From Candidatus Kerfeldbacteria bacterium RIFCSPLOWO2_02_FULL_42_19 (GTDB lineage Bacteria; Patescibacteriota; Patescibacteriia; HO2-48-17): a stretch of DNA of 64,000 bases. Below are positions 28,626 to 37,718 of the stretch, one piece after another (the first letter of the stretch is position 1; each line of letters begins with the position of its first letter). The position numbers and the translations under genes are program-made. The notes under the pieces are model-generated. The model was not told the DNA's origin, did no database searches, and was given only the letters and a program-made list of their open reading frames with translations. The stretch is taken from positions 2,869 to 66,868 of the forward strand of contig MHKF01000001.1 in the NCBI GenBank assembly GCA_001818315.1, given 5' to 3'.

Positions 28626-31600
28626 ATGGAACCAAACGAACCTCGCAATCCCAAAGAGCTAGATTCGCTAGAGGATATGGAACAGGAATCACAGGAAGAA
28701 GCGGAATTGGAAAAATCCGAAGATTACGGAGCACCGAGAAAAGGACGTAAAGGAAAGTCGAAAGAAGAAAAAGGAAGAAAAGAAAAAGCACGGTGGCGAG
28801 ATCAAGATCAGGAAGAAGAATTGTGGTCCAAGGGGAAGAAACAAAAGAAACCCTTTGTTGAGAATATAGCAGGGGCAACGCCAGAAGAGGTGCAAGCAAT
28901 AGAAGCGCAGAAAGAAGAAGCTCAAAAAAGAGAAGCATCGGAAGCGCGGGAGACAGAGTCAGCAGCTGCACGCATACCGGAAAAGCCTGCAGAAGCTCGA
29001 AGGTATGTAAGAGATACAAGGCGGGAATATGAAGCTCTAGCTGATAAACTTGTTAAGGCGACGTTACCTGGTGCGTTCGAGCGAGAAGAAGTAAAAGATA
29101 CGCCGGAATCAGCAAGAAAGCTCGGAGGAATACGTAGATCTGCAAAAATGGAACGCGAGAGACTGCAAGCGGTACTTGAAACAGGATACGAAGAAGCACA
29201 AATGATTCTTGATGAAAGTGAACTTACACAGGAACCTACAACGACTTCCGTGCAATACGCTCGTGAGCGATACCGGCGGAATTATCAAAGACTCCAGGAA
29301 CTGCTCGCGGCAGCACGAAAGGATGCCTTAGAAACAGGGAACGAAGAGAGTAGTAGAAAAACCGAGAGTTTGCAAGTGATGCTCTATAGGTTTCTTGAAA
29401 ATATTGGTGCGCGACTGCCGAAAGCAAAAGCAACAGAAGAACACATCTCAGTAAGGGATCGAGCGCGACAATGGCTTGAGAGCAGAATTAAACCAGCAGG
29501 GGAAACTGAAGTTTCACAATCACCAGAGTCACCGGCAGTCACTCAAGAAATATCACCTGCACGAAAGTTGCCAGAAAATTTTCATCAACTCTCGGAAAAA
29601 GAACAAGCCAAAACATTCTTTGAATACAATGGCGGGGAAGAAAAAATGCAACAAGCGATAGAAGCCGGTCGTGTAGCGATGGAGGGGTATATTGCCCAAC
29701 ATTTTGCTCAATTAAAAAATCTCGAACTGCAAGACCCAGAATTTGCACAAGCATTTTCTGAATTTCTGAATGCGTCTATCCATGGTACAAGGACCTTGAA
29801 ACAGGAAGAAAGGTTACAATTTCAGGAAGCATTTAAAGAGAAACTCACTGAACACAAAGCCGGTTGGGAAGCGAATATACATGCAGCTTATACAGAAACA
29901 AAGGAAAATATTTTCGATTCCGCATGGAACGGTCGACTTGGAGCATTGATGCAAGCTCATGAACGCGCGCATCAAAAATATAATGAACTAAACGCAAGAA
30001 GAGCTAATGGAAAAATAGATATGAAGGGACATTTGCTACACATGAAATTCGAAGACGCGACCTACAAACTCGAGGCTGAAGTAAATCAAGAACAATGGAG
30101 AGTGGAAAAATTATTCCTAGCATGGCTTACAACGAATGCGGGGAAATATCGCTGGCTTGCGCATCGGTCAGTGACTGAACCTGTGCTCGATCCAGCGCTT
30201 CGCGATACCTATGATTATTTTCTAGCGCACCACAACCGTGAACTTACAGCATTGGATAGGATCAAAGACGAGGATGCACAAACTTTTTTAGATGAAGTAG
30301 AAGTACTGTTGTCTACCCGGAAAGAAGAAGCAGAAACACCGCTACTGCAAGAAAAAGCTCAAAAAACACCAGAAGAAGAGAGAATATCGTCGGGACCAGT
30401 CGTAGAAGAAACGATGCAAGCGCCTCACGGACCAGAACAAGAAGCAGAGCAGATTCAAGAAGCAATCAACATCGTCCCCGGATGGATGGATACTTATATC
30501 GCTGAACATGCTGCAAAACTTAAAAATCTCGATACAACATCTGAGAGAGATAAAGGGGCGTTTGAAAAGATTTTTTCCACCTTTCTTAGAACGTTCTTTT
30601 TTGCAGATCAAAGAAAACTTACACTGGAGCAGAGAGCATCGCTCAAAGAGGTATTTGAGAAAAAAATTGCAGAATGCAAGGCTGGATGGGAGACAAATAT
30701 TCGGGATGTATATGCAGAGGTAAAGGAAACTATTTTCGATCCAGCATGGAACGGTCGACTTGGGAAACTCATCACATATAAAGCAGTTGCGGATCCAAAA
30801 GTTGTCGAACTTGGCAGGGCAAGATCCAGAAGACTTTTAACAGAGAAAGAACGTCAAGATTTTAATGCTTTAAACGAGACGGTAGGAAAATTACAACAGG
30901 AGATATGGCACGAAGGATACAGTGTTCAGAAAAGTTGCATAGATTGGTTTGAGGCTCATCGAGAAGATTATCCCTGGCTGAAGGACACCAAAGAGGAAAG
31001 TGCAGTATTGAATCCAGTGATTCAGGATCTTTATGCTTATTTTGTTGCTGAACATCAAGCTGAAATGGAAAATCTTGAGCCGCTCGTAGATACAGATATT
31101 GACGAGTTTCTTGCGTATGCAGAATCAATTCTGCGAGAGAAAAGGGAAATATCTGAAGAAAGTACAGAGCTGAATAGAGGAGTCGATCAAGACATAGCAA
31201 GAGAAACAAAGGAAGAGGGAACACGTTTTACGCAATCAACATCCGAAACTTATCCTGAAGAAAAGGAACGAGCGCAGGAAGAGGATCAGGAGGTAAAACG
31301 AGAAATAGCGCAAGAAGCCCGCACTGTATTAGAAGGTCAGCCGAAAGAATTGTTTCAATCCGTAGGACAGAACGTAGCACATGATATGACTTTATTCCAA
31401 GGGCGACTAGAGGAACTTGATGGCAAAGTAGCACGTGCGCGTAAAGCATTCAAAGAAGCAAAGGATCCTGATACGCAAAAAGACTATAAAAAAATGCAAC
31501 AGGATCTTGAAGAAGAGCGAAAGCAACTTCTGGAAAATATGCAAGACACCGTTTACGGTTCTTTGAAGGACGCATTGGATGTTGCTCTTAAAAATGTACA

Positions 31601-34600
31601 AGAACTTCGCGAAAATGAAAGGTTACGTTCAGAGGTAATTAATAAAGTAACCGGTCGCTTGCACCAAGATGTGGAAGGGAAAGCGATGGACGCAAGTCTT
31701 TGGAAGCGCGTGTGGACCAATGTCAAAGGGCAATTACCGATTACAGTCGCAGCAATCGGCGCAAGCTTTCTGGGACGGGTAAATTTTGCGGGTATGGCGA
31801 TGGATAGCGTTTTGCGAAGCTTATATTTGCCGACACTGACTGGTACAATTCGCACTGCAGTGCTTGGATATTCGATAGGCGGAAAAGAACGTCGTGTACG
31901 AGAACAAGAAGCCGTCAAACACCAAGCCATGAAGAAGATGATGAAAGAAAATCCCGACTGGCTTAAATCAAGCATCATTGCACTCATCACGAGTGAATTG
32001 CAGAAGTCGGAAAAATTAGAAGACGCCGTGGAAGCTTATTTTGGTCACCTTTCTCCTGTAGAAAAAAACACGATCCAAAACGCACTTGGCACATTGCAGA
32101 GTGTCGAAGCCGGGAATTCGCAGCGCGCGCAAGGGTTTTCCGAACCAAAAGTGCGAGTTGTGCTTGATTTTCTGAACAACTATGTTATGGGTTTTGCAAC
32201 AGGAAGTTATTTTTCCAAAAAAGCGCTCGAAGCAAAAGCAAAAGGAGCAGAAGCCGGGAACCTCGTTGCAAGTAGTGTGATTGGCGGCGGACTTGTGTAT
32301 GCTATGCAGGGTGCTGGAAAATATGCGGTGTGGGGTCGCATGGCTCTTCTTGGAGCACTCGGACAACGCATCGGGTCGGCGGTTGATCGTTGGGTAGAGC
32401 AGACACAGACTCGTAAAGCCGTTGAATCAAAAGTGGAGTATTTAAAAGAGCGAAAATTTTTCAATCCTCATTACACGTTCACAATGCCAGTACGTGAAGA
32501 TGTAATAGAGGACTCATTCAAGAATGGAGTCTGTGAGACAGATTATGTTTTAGCAAAAGATTTATTGGACCTCTATAAAGGAGATCCAAAATTTCCGATA
32601 TCCCAAGCACAAGTTGCGGAGGTAGAAAACTTCGTCCATTCCTATGAACGAAACAAAATGGAAATGTGGAGTCTTATGCGGTCAACTGCAGAATCTGTGT
32701 TAGATGATATCTATGTTCTCGATAAAACAAATACAGAGGCGCTTGAACGCGAACTCGGAAGAAAAGGCATGAAGCGGGAAGTTGTTTCTGCTGCGATTCA
32801 ACTCGCAAGCACCGGCGGATTCGCCGCTGTAGGCGCTGCATTGCCAGCAGTCGTCATGTGGGCATTCGGTAAAAAACAGACAGATGCGGAGCTCGCAGCA
32901 CTTCAATCAGAAAAACCTGGTGCATCTCAAGCTCCATTAACTCCAGAAAAAATAGCAATGCAAGACACTACAGCACAAGCAGCTCCGGGAATTTTGCAAA
33001 AATTTTTTGGAGGAGGGAAAGTCGCGCCATCAGAAGCTGTTCCGCCGCAATCCCAGGTTGGTCCTGAGAATACACAAACTCAAGAGAAAAGTCTCGCGGA
33101 AGCGTACTCAGAAGCGGGAGTAAAAAAAGAAGTTCAAGATTTGGACGGAGCAGAACAAATACCGCCTGCCGAAAGGGAAGAAGATTTCGCTGGTCTAGAG
33201 AAAGTCGGCAGAGGTCCGGCGGGATCGCTTGCAGGAGGCGTAATGAGAACCGAGTTAGAAACACAGAATGGCGGCGAAACTGAAGAGCAACTAGTTAAAG
33301 AAGCAGAAGCCGCATCTCTATTCAGCCCAGAACCAGCAGTAAATCAAAAATTAACCCCAGAAAAATTTTTCGAAAGGCAGGCCGTTTTGAAAGCGTTTGG
33401 ATATGATGCGAAGGTCGATGAAGCAAAGAAGATCAGCATATCGATAGAATTCGGAGGGAAGGGTCCCAAACATTTAGAAGATGCGCTTGATGGTCTTGGT
33501 GGACAGGGTATGATTGCCAGAGATATTGAAGTGTATAGCACCGCAGGAAAGACTCCTATAACAGAGGATGCATTGAATCAGATTCGTACGCTCGATGCAC
33601 TCAAAGCAGGCCGCATTCTTAACATTTCCCAAAATATTCTTGCGGCCTATGAGGGTAGAGGGTTAGCTGATATTCAAGAGGGTTTGAAAGCTTCTGAGTT
33701 CTCGATCGAAGGCAACAAACTAAGTATTCAAAACTACGATACTTTTTACAATAAAGTTTTACAACCTCTCGCGGAGCGGGCGAGCACACACATTACGCCA
33801 GAAGGAGCAGAAGAAGGAAAATTCGGTGCTCTTGCTTTTGTAGATAATGTTAAAAAAACAACACTGCATATGCTACAAGAAGGTATGATGAAACAGACGA
33901 CCAAAACTCCGGTCGAAATGAAAATTCCAGATTTTAACGAAGACTCACTCGTTACAAAAGCAGAGCAGAGACTTTTTACTGGAAGCGCAGCAGAAGCCCT
34001 GAAGCCACTACAAGATCAGGGTTGGGAAGTAGAAAGAATGAATTTTAGTGTTGGTGCTCGTGCTGAATCGTTTGGTTCCGCGGTGCTCAAAAATGGAGAT
34101 CAGACAATAGAACTTGGATTGGACTTACATGCGCGTCATATACTCGGTGAAGGCACGGGTGAAGCATTAGGAGCTGGACATATTGTGGCTGTGGATGGGA
34201 AAGAACTCGAAGAGCCTATTCCGCTCGATACCGAAAATATTGGCGAGCAGATCTTCGGTGTACAAAATCGAAGTATTCAGGAAAGTATCGAAGAATCATT
34301 GAAAGATCTGAAGCCAGAGGAAACCGGAATTAATCCCGAACATATTCAAAGTATCGCAAAGGGCCTGGATATCGATACGCGAGGACCAATGAATCCAACG
34401 CAAGAATTAAGACTCACAACCTTACTTACAAAGCACCCTTTTTTGGATTTATATAAAACAGAGGGAACATTTGACCCAGAGAAAATCAAATTCATAGATG
34501 CGCATCAAGAACGTACAGACGATGAATTTATAAAACTTTTCAGCCAGACTGAGGGTATTCAGAAAGATACAGGCGTCGAAATCGGATTTGAAGCAGTTGA

Positions 34601-35258
34601 TTCACTCGTGAAGAAAGGTATAACATTAACAGAAGCCGGACATGGGGTAACAAAAATACATTGGACCGGTAGTAATATCGATATGACGTTGTGGAAAGAA
34701 GAAGATACAGTGTATGCAAGTTATGTACCAAAAGGAAGTTCAGCATCGGTACGGCATATCGATCCGATGGGTGTCGATATTAAAACAAAGATTGAAAATC
34801 CAGCAGAATGGTTGCAAAAGCCAGATCAGATACATGCAAAAGCGCAACAAATGTTGAGTATCGAAGCAGAAGCAAAGCGTTTTGTAGGTGACATTGAAAA
34901 GTTACAGAAAAATCCATCATTATTCGGAAAAAATCTCCCGAATGAATACGTAAAGTTGATTTTAAAAACTCCGTGGCAGAGTGCTTATTGGGAGAAAAAA
35001 GGATTTGTTGACGATTTATTGCATCGTGGGGTGAGAAGCGATTTGCCAGTAAGCGGTATAAAAACACCATTAGGAAAAATTCAAGAAACACTTGAAGCTG
35101 CATTGAGAAGCACAAATTACCAAAGACTTCTGAATTATTTTGATTACATTGATCCAAAAATGATGCAAAAGGCTACCATCGGACAGATACTCATGGCTCT
35201 TACAGAGATGAAAGCTACCGGGAAGGTACCAGACACACTTCCAAAGGCATACCTTTAA
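28626..35258 (+). CDS. Giant protein (2210 aa) of unknown function: KE-rich low-complexity N-terminus, two tandem ~250-aa repeats, Gly/Ala-rich hydrophobic central segments, large C-terminal region
   Basis: Uninterrupted 6.6 kb ORF. Internal repeat seen at protein level (YIAQHFAQLKNL...FDSAWNGRLGAL vs YIAEHAAKLKNL...FDPAWNGRLGKL) and at DNA level (identical 20-mer gcatggaacggtcgacttgg at 29922 and 30744). Confidence 0.75.
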   Translation: MEPNEPRNPKELDSLEDMEQESQEEAELEKSEDYGAPRKGRKGKSKEEKGRKEKARWRDQDQEEELWSKGKKQKKPFVENIAGATPEEVQAIEAQKEEAQKREASEARETESAAARIPEKPAEARRYVRDTRREYEALADKLVKATLPGAFEREEVKDTPESARKLGGIRRSAKMERERLQAVLETGYEEAQMILDESELTQEPTTTSVQYARERYRRNYQRLQELLAAARKDALETGNEESSRKTESLQVMLYRFLENIGARLPKAKATEEHISVRDRARQWLESRIKPAGETEVSQSPESPAVTQEISPARKLPENFHQLSEKEQAKTFFEYNGGEEKMQQAIEAGRVAMEGYIAQHFAQLKNLELQDPEFAQAFSEFLNASIHGTRTLKQEERLQFQEAFKEKLTEHKAGWEANIHAAYTETKENIFDSAWNGRLGALMQAHERAHQKYNELNARRANGKIDMKGHLLHMKFEDATYKLEAEVNQEQWRVEKLFLAWLTTNAGKYRWLAHRSVTEPVLDPALRDTYDYFLAHHNRELTALDRIKDEDAQTFLDEVEVLLSTRKEEAETPLLQEKAQKTPEEERISSGPVVEETMQAPHGPEQEAEQIQEAINIVPGWMDTYIAEHAAKLKNLDTTSERDKGAFEKIFSTFLRTFFFADQRKLTLEQRASLKEVFEKKIAECKAGWETNIRDVYAEVKETIFDPAWNGRLGKLITYKAVADPKVVELGRARSRRLLTEKERQDFNALNETVGKLQQEIWHEGYSVQKSCIDWFEAHREDYPWLKDTKEESAVLNPVIQDLYAYFVAEHQAEMENLEPLVDTDIDEFLAYAESILREKREISEESTELNRGVDQDIARETKEEGTRFTQSTSETYPEEKERAQEEDQEVKREIAQEARTVLEGQPKELFQSVGQNVAHDMTLFQGRLEELDGKVARARKAFKEAKDPDTQKDYKKMQQDLEEERKQLLENMQDTVYGSLKDALDVALKNVQELRENERLRSEVINKVTGRLHQDVEGKAMDASLWKRVWTNVKGQLPITVAAIGASFLGRVNFAGMAMDSVLRSLYLPTLTGTIRTAVLGYSIGGKERRVREQEAVKHQAMKKMMKENPDWLKSSIIALITSELQKSEKLEDAVEAYFGHLSPVEKNTIQNALGTLQSVEAGNSQRAQGFSEPKVRVVLDFLNNYVMGFATGSYFSKKALEAKAKGAEAGNLVASSVIGGGLVYAMQGAGKYAVWGRMALLGALGQRIGSAVDRWVEQTQTRKAVESKVEYLKERKFFNPHYTFTMPVREDVIEDSFKNGVCETDYVLAKDLLDLYKGDPKFPISQAQVAEVENFVHSYERNKMEMWSLMRSTAESVLDDIYVLDKTNTEALERELGRKGMKREVVSAAIQLASTGGFAAVGAALPAVVMWAFGKKQTDAELAALQSEKPGASQAPLTPEKIAMQDTTAQAAPGILQKFFGGGKVAPSEAVPPQSQVGPENTQTQEKSLAEAYSEAGVKKEVQDLDGAEQIPPAEREEDFAGLEKVGRGPAGSLAGGVMRTELETQNGGETEEQLVKEAEAASLFSPEPAVNQKLTPEKFFERQAVLKAFGYDAKVDEAKKISISIEFGGKGPKHLEDALDGLGGQGMIARDIEVYSTAGKTPITEDALNQIRTLDALKAGRILNISQNILAAYEGRGLADIQEGLKASEFSIEGNKLSIQNYDTFYNKVLQPLAERASTHITPEGAEEGKFGALAFVDNVKKTTLHMLQEGMMKQTTKTPVEMKIPDFNEDSLVTKAEQRLFTGSAAEALKPLQDQGWEVERMNFSVGARAESFGSAVLKNGDQTIELGLDLHARHILGEGTGEALGAGHIVAVDGKELEEPIPLDTENIGEQIFGVQNRSIQESIEESLKDLKPEETGINPEHIQSIAKGLDIDTRGPMNPTQELRLTTLLTKHPFLDLYKTEGTFDPEKIKFIDAHQERTDDEFIKLFSQTEGIQKDTGVEIGFEAVDSLVKKGITLTEAGHGVTKIHWTGSNIDMTLWKEEDTVYASYVPKGSSASVRHIDPMGVDIKTKIENPAEWLQKPDQIHAKAQQMLSIEAEAKRFVGDIEKLQKNPSLFGKNLPNEYVKLILKTPWQSAYWEKKGFVDDLLHRGVRSDLPVSGIKTPLGKIQETLEAALRSTNYQRLLNYFDYIDPKMMQKATIGQILMALTEMKATGKVPDTLPKAYL

Positions 35259-35311
35259 AAGCTATAATTTTGTGCGCGTTCAAAGTGCTGAGGGAAAATG
35301 TGAAAATTCAA

Positions 35312-35656
35312 CTATCGAACTGCGGTGACAATTTTTTCAAAGATCTCGGGATGTTGTTCAGCAATATTTGCGAGAATTTTACGGTTGAGCGCAATATTTT
35401 TTTTCTTTAAAGCATCCATAAAGCGGCTATAACTCAGATTGTGTTTTCTGCTCTCCGCATTAATCACAACATGCCAGGTACGACGCGCAACATGCTTTTT
35501 TTGTTTGCGGCCACGGTAAGCATGCACACCTGCTTTTAGGACAGCGGTTTTGGCAAGTTTCAAAGTATTCCTGCGTCCTAACTGAAAGCCCTCCGCAGTT
35601 CGCAGAAGTCGTTTCCTCCGTTTCAAATGACTGAGACCTCGTTTTACACGTGACAT
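35312..35656 (-). CDS. rplT: 50S ribosomal protein L20
   Basis: MSRVKRGLSHLKRRKRLL...; canonical L20. Confidence 0.9.
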   Translation of the reverse strand: MSRVKRGLSHLKRRKRLLRTAEGFQLGRRNTLKLAKTAVLKAGVHAYRGRKQKKHVARRTWHVVINAESRKHNLSYSRFMDALKKKNIALNRKILANIAEQHPEIFEKIVTAVR

Positions 35657-35701
35657 ATATTTTTCAAAATAAATTCATGCTGAAGATTATTTACAGGCAG
35701 T

Positions 35702-35905
35702 TTAATACAAAGCGTACGGATGCATTTTGTGAATATTCTTTCTTTCAACCGCAGCAACAGTTTTATACTTACGTTTGTGCATTTTCGAACTCCCGGAATG
35801 CCTGGAACGAAAATGGCTTTGTCCGGCAGGAGTGACAAGAAATTTTTTATTTTTCGTAACCTTGATGCGTTTGGTAATACTCTTGACTGTCTTGAGTTTG
35901 GCCAT
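35702..35905 (-). CDS. rpmI: 50S ribosomal protein L35
   Basis: MAKLKTVKSITKRIKVTKNKKFLVTPAGQSHFRSRHSGSS... (67 aa) starting at the internal ATG of the track ORF. Confidence 0.8.
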   Translation of the reverse strand: MAKLKTVKSITKRIKVTKNKKFLVTPAGQSHFRSRHSGSSKMHKRKYKTVAAVERKNIHKMHPYALY

Positions 35906-35906
35906 A

Positions 35907-36416
35907 TTATTTATTGCTAATCGATAACGAAAGGGAACCTCCTTGCGCATTGAATCCGTCCTCATGAATTTCACGATCTAAGGATTGTCCAAATTGCTTC
36001 AATTTTTCTCTTGCTTGTGCAATATAAGCCTTTTGGCGGCCGCGCAAAAACATTTCGATTTGCACGCGGTCTCCATTATCCAGAAATTTTTGCGCCTGTT
36101 TCCTACGTATTTCTTCATCATGCGGACCCATAGTGAGTGAAAGTCGGACGCCTTTGGTTTCGACTTTTTTCGAACGAGCCTTACTTTTACGCTCATTTTT
36201 CTCCTGCTGATAAATAAACTTTCCGAAATCCATCATTTTGCACACTGGCGGAGTTGCTTTGGGCGAAACTGCTACAAGATCCAAACCGAGTTTACGAGCC
36301 TCAAAAATAGCGGTACTCGTTGCAATCACACCCAGGCGATCACCAGTCTCAGAAAAAACAAGAACTTCCGTTGCTTGGATTGCTTCATTACGAGGAAATA
36401 TTTTGTCTGGTTTTAT
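35907..36416 (-). CDS. infC: Translation initiation factor IF-3, probably with a non-ATG (AUA/AUU) start
   Basis: ...GVRLSLTMGPHDEEIRRKQAQKFLDNGDRVQIEMFLRGRQ... The IF3 N-domain (IKPDKIFPRNEAIQATEVLVFSETGDRLGV) continues in frame upstream of the first ATG. Confidence 0.75.
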   Translation of the reverse strand: MKPDKIFPRNEAIQATEVLVFSETGDRLGVIATSTAIFEARKLGLDLVAVSPKATPPVCKMMDFGKFIYQQEKNERKSKARSKKVETKGVRLSLTMGPHDEEIRRKQAQKFLDNGDRVQIEMFLRGRQKAYIAQAREKLKQFGQSLDREIHEDGFNAQGGSLSLSISNK

Positions 36417-36476
36417 TTTTTTGAACCGACGGTGACGATGAGTACGAATAGTACAAAATTAAAAAAATTATGAAGT

Positions 36477-36887
36477 TGGTGGAGATGAGGGGAATCACAC
36501 CCCTGTGCAGCTCTACGAGACAACCCTTTCTACAAATATAGCTTGATCGGCATCTTCAGGAAGACTTTGAGATCAAGCAAGATGCCTTCCTTGGAGTCTT
36601 GAAAGAGTCAATACAGGTACAAGACACTTCCTGCATTCATCCTGATATGATGACACCCGAACTTCTCCTATCAGGAGTCAGAGAGACGGATGGTTACCGC
36701 TTTTAAGCAGCAACGGAAGCGAGTGTTGGAAGTGACAACGCACGCAGAGCGCGGCTGAAACCTTCCTTCATTCGCATGACAACGTTATTTGCACGTGTCT
36801 TTACGCCCGCACGTTTTACGAGAAAGCGGACAATACTCGATTTGCAGTGTTATCTTCATAAAGAGCTGTCGATTATAAAACATCCCC
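36477..36887 (-). ncRNA. ssrA: tmRNA (ssrA)
   Basis: Minus strand 5' GGGGATGTTTTATAATCGACAGC (cf. GGGGCUGAUUCUGGAUUCGACGGG) and 3' GGGGTGTGATTCCCCTCATCTCCACCA (tRNA-like T-arm + acceptor + CCA). Acceptor pairs GGGGATG/CATCTCC. Candidate tag ORF from a GCA resume codon ends ...ASVAA-TAA. Adjacent to smpB. Confidence 0.75.
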
Positions 36888-36981
36888 AGAAGAGTATGGA
36901 AGACTCGAATATGCGATTGAGATCCAAAATCTTCTGCGAACGTTTTAACGTTTTACGGAATAAATTACGGACTTATGCCGA

Positions 36982-37449
36982 CTATGGACGACCTGCGATT
37001 CTATTTTTGAGTGCTTGCTGAATCTCACGCTGCATTGTTCGTTTCTTGAGAATCTCACGTTTATCATATTGCTTTTTCGACCGAGCAAGAGCGATCTCCA
37101 ACTTCACAAAGGCCCCTTTAGTATACATTTTTAGCGGGATAATTGTCAAGTTGCCCTCAGTCATTCTTCCGCGAAGATGATTCATCTCGCGCGTCTTCAA
37201 AAGTAATTTGCGCGGACGCGTTGGAGTATATCGTGATGCAAATTTGTGTCCCGCCGGTTTGTAAACTCCAATATGGGCGTTAATGAGCCAAACCTCATCG
37301 TCCCGGAAACTCACGTAACTGCTTTTGAGTTGTACTTGACCAAGTTTTGCGGCCTTGACTTCTGGACCCAGGAGCGAGATTCCTGCTTCAAATGTTTCAA
37401 CAATCGTGTATCGGTGTAGCGCGTACGAATTTTTTGCAAGCGTAGGCAT
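36982..37449 (-). CDS. smpB: SsrA-binding protein SmpB
   Basis: ...YTIVETFEAGISLLGPEVKAAKLGQVQLKSSYVSFRDDEVWLINAHIGVYK...RPRKLLLKTREMNHL...; start at the internal ATG (156 codons). Confidence 0.85.
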   Translation of the reverse strand: MPTLAKNSYALHRYTIVETFEAGISLLGPEVKAAKLGQVQLKSSYVSFRDDEVWLINAHIGVYKPAGHKFASRYTPTRPRKLLLKTREMNHLRGRMTEGNLTIIPLKMYTKGAFVKLEIALARSKKQYDKREILKKRTMQREIQQALKNRIAGRP

Positions 37450-37718
37450 AAAAAAAGTATACGCGATTTTCTTTGATGCTTCAAGATGAAGATATAAAAA
37501 AAGACAGTGAGGAACATCAGGGGACCGTCGCCGAATGCGCTGGAAAAAGAGAAGGGAGACTATAGCTTTCGAAGCACTGACAGTGCACAGTGTGCTGAGA
37601 AAGTATAGTCTTCCTTCTCTTTTGCTTTGCGCATTGCACACGAGACAATATTCGATGGCCGTACCTTTACTACATTTGAGTTTCCATAACAAGAATAATT
37701 CGCTATACTACCGATGAT

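Noticed and set aside
29236-34746. Numerous 60-145-aa antisense ORFs within the giant gene
   Set aside because: They overlap a single continuous 2210-codon frame that has a consistent repeat architecture; the antisense ORFs are compositionally odd (Leu/Phe/Ser-rich).
36776-37021. Forward 81-aa ORF and other small ORFs across 36480-36890
   Set aside because: They overlap the tmRNA gene identified on the minus strand; they are spurious.
37450-37692. N-terminal 81-aa extension of the smpB track ORF (MLWKLKCSKG...)
   Set aside because: SmpB homology begins at the internal MPTLAKNS. The extension is low-complexity and would make the protein 50% longer than any SmpB.
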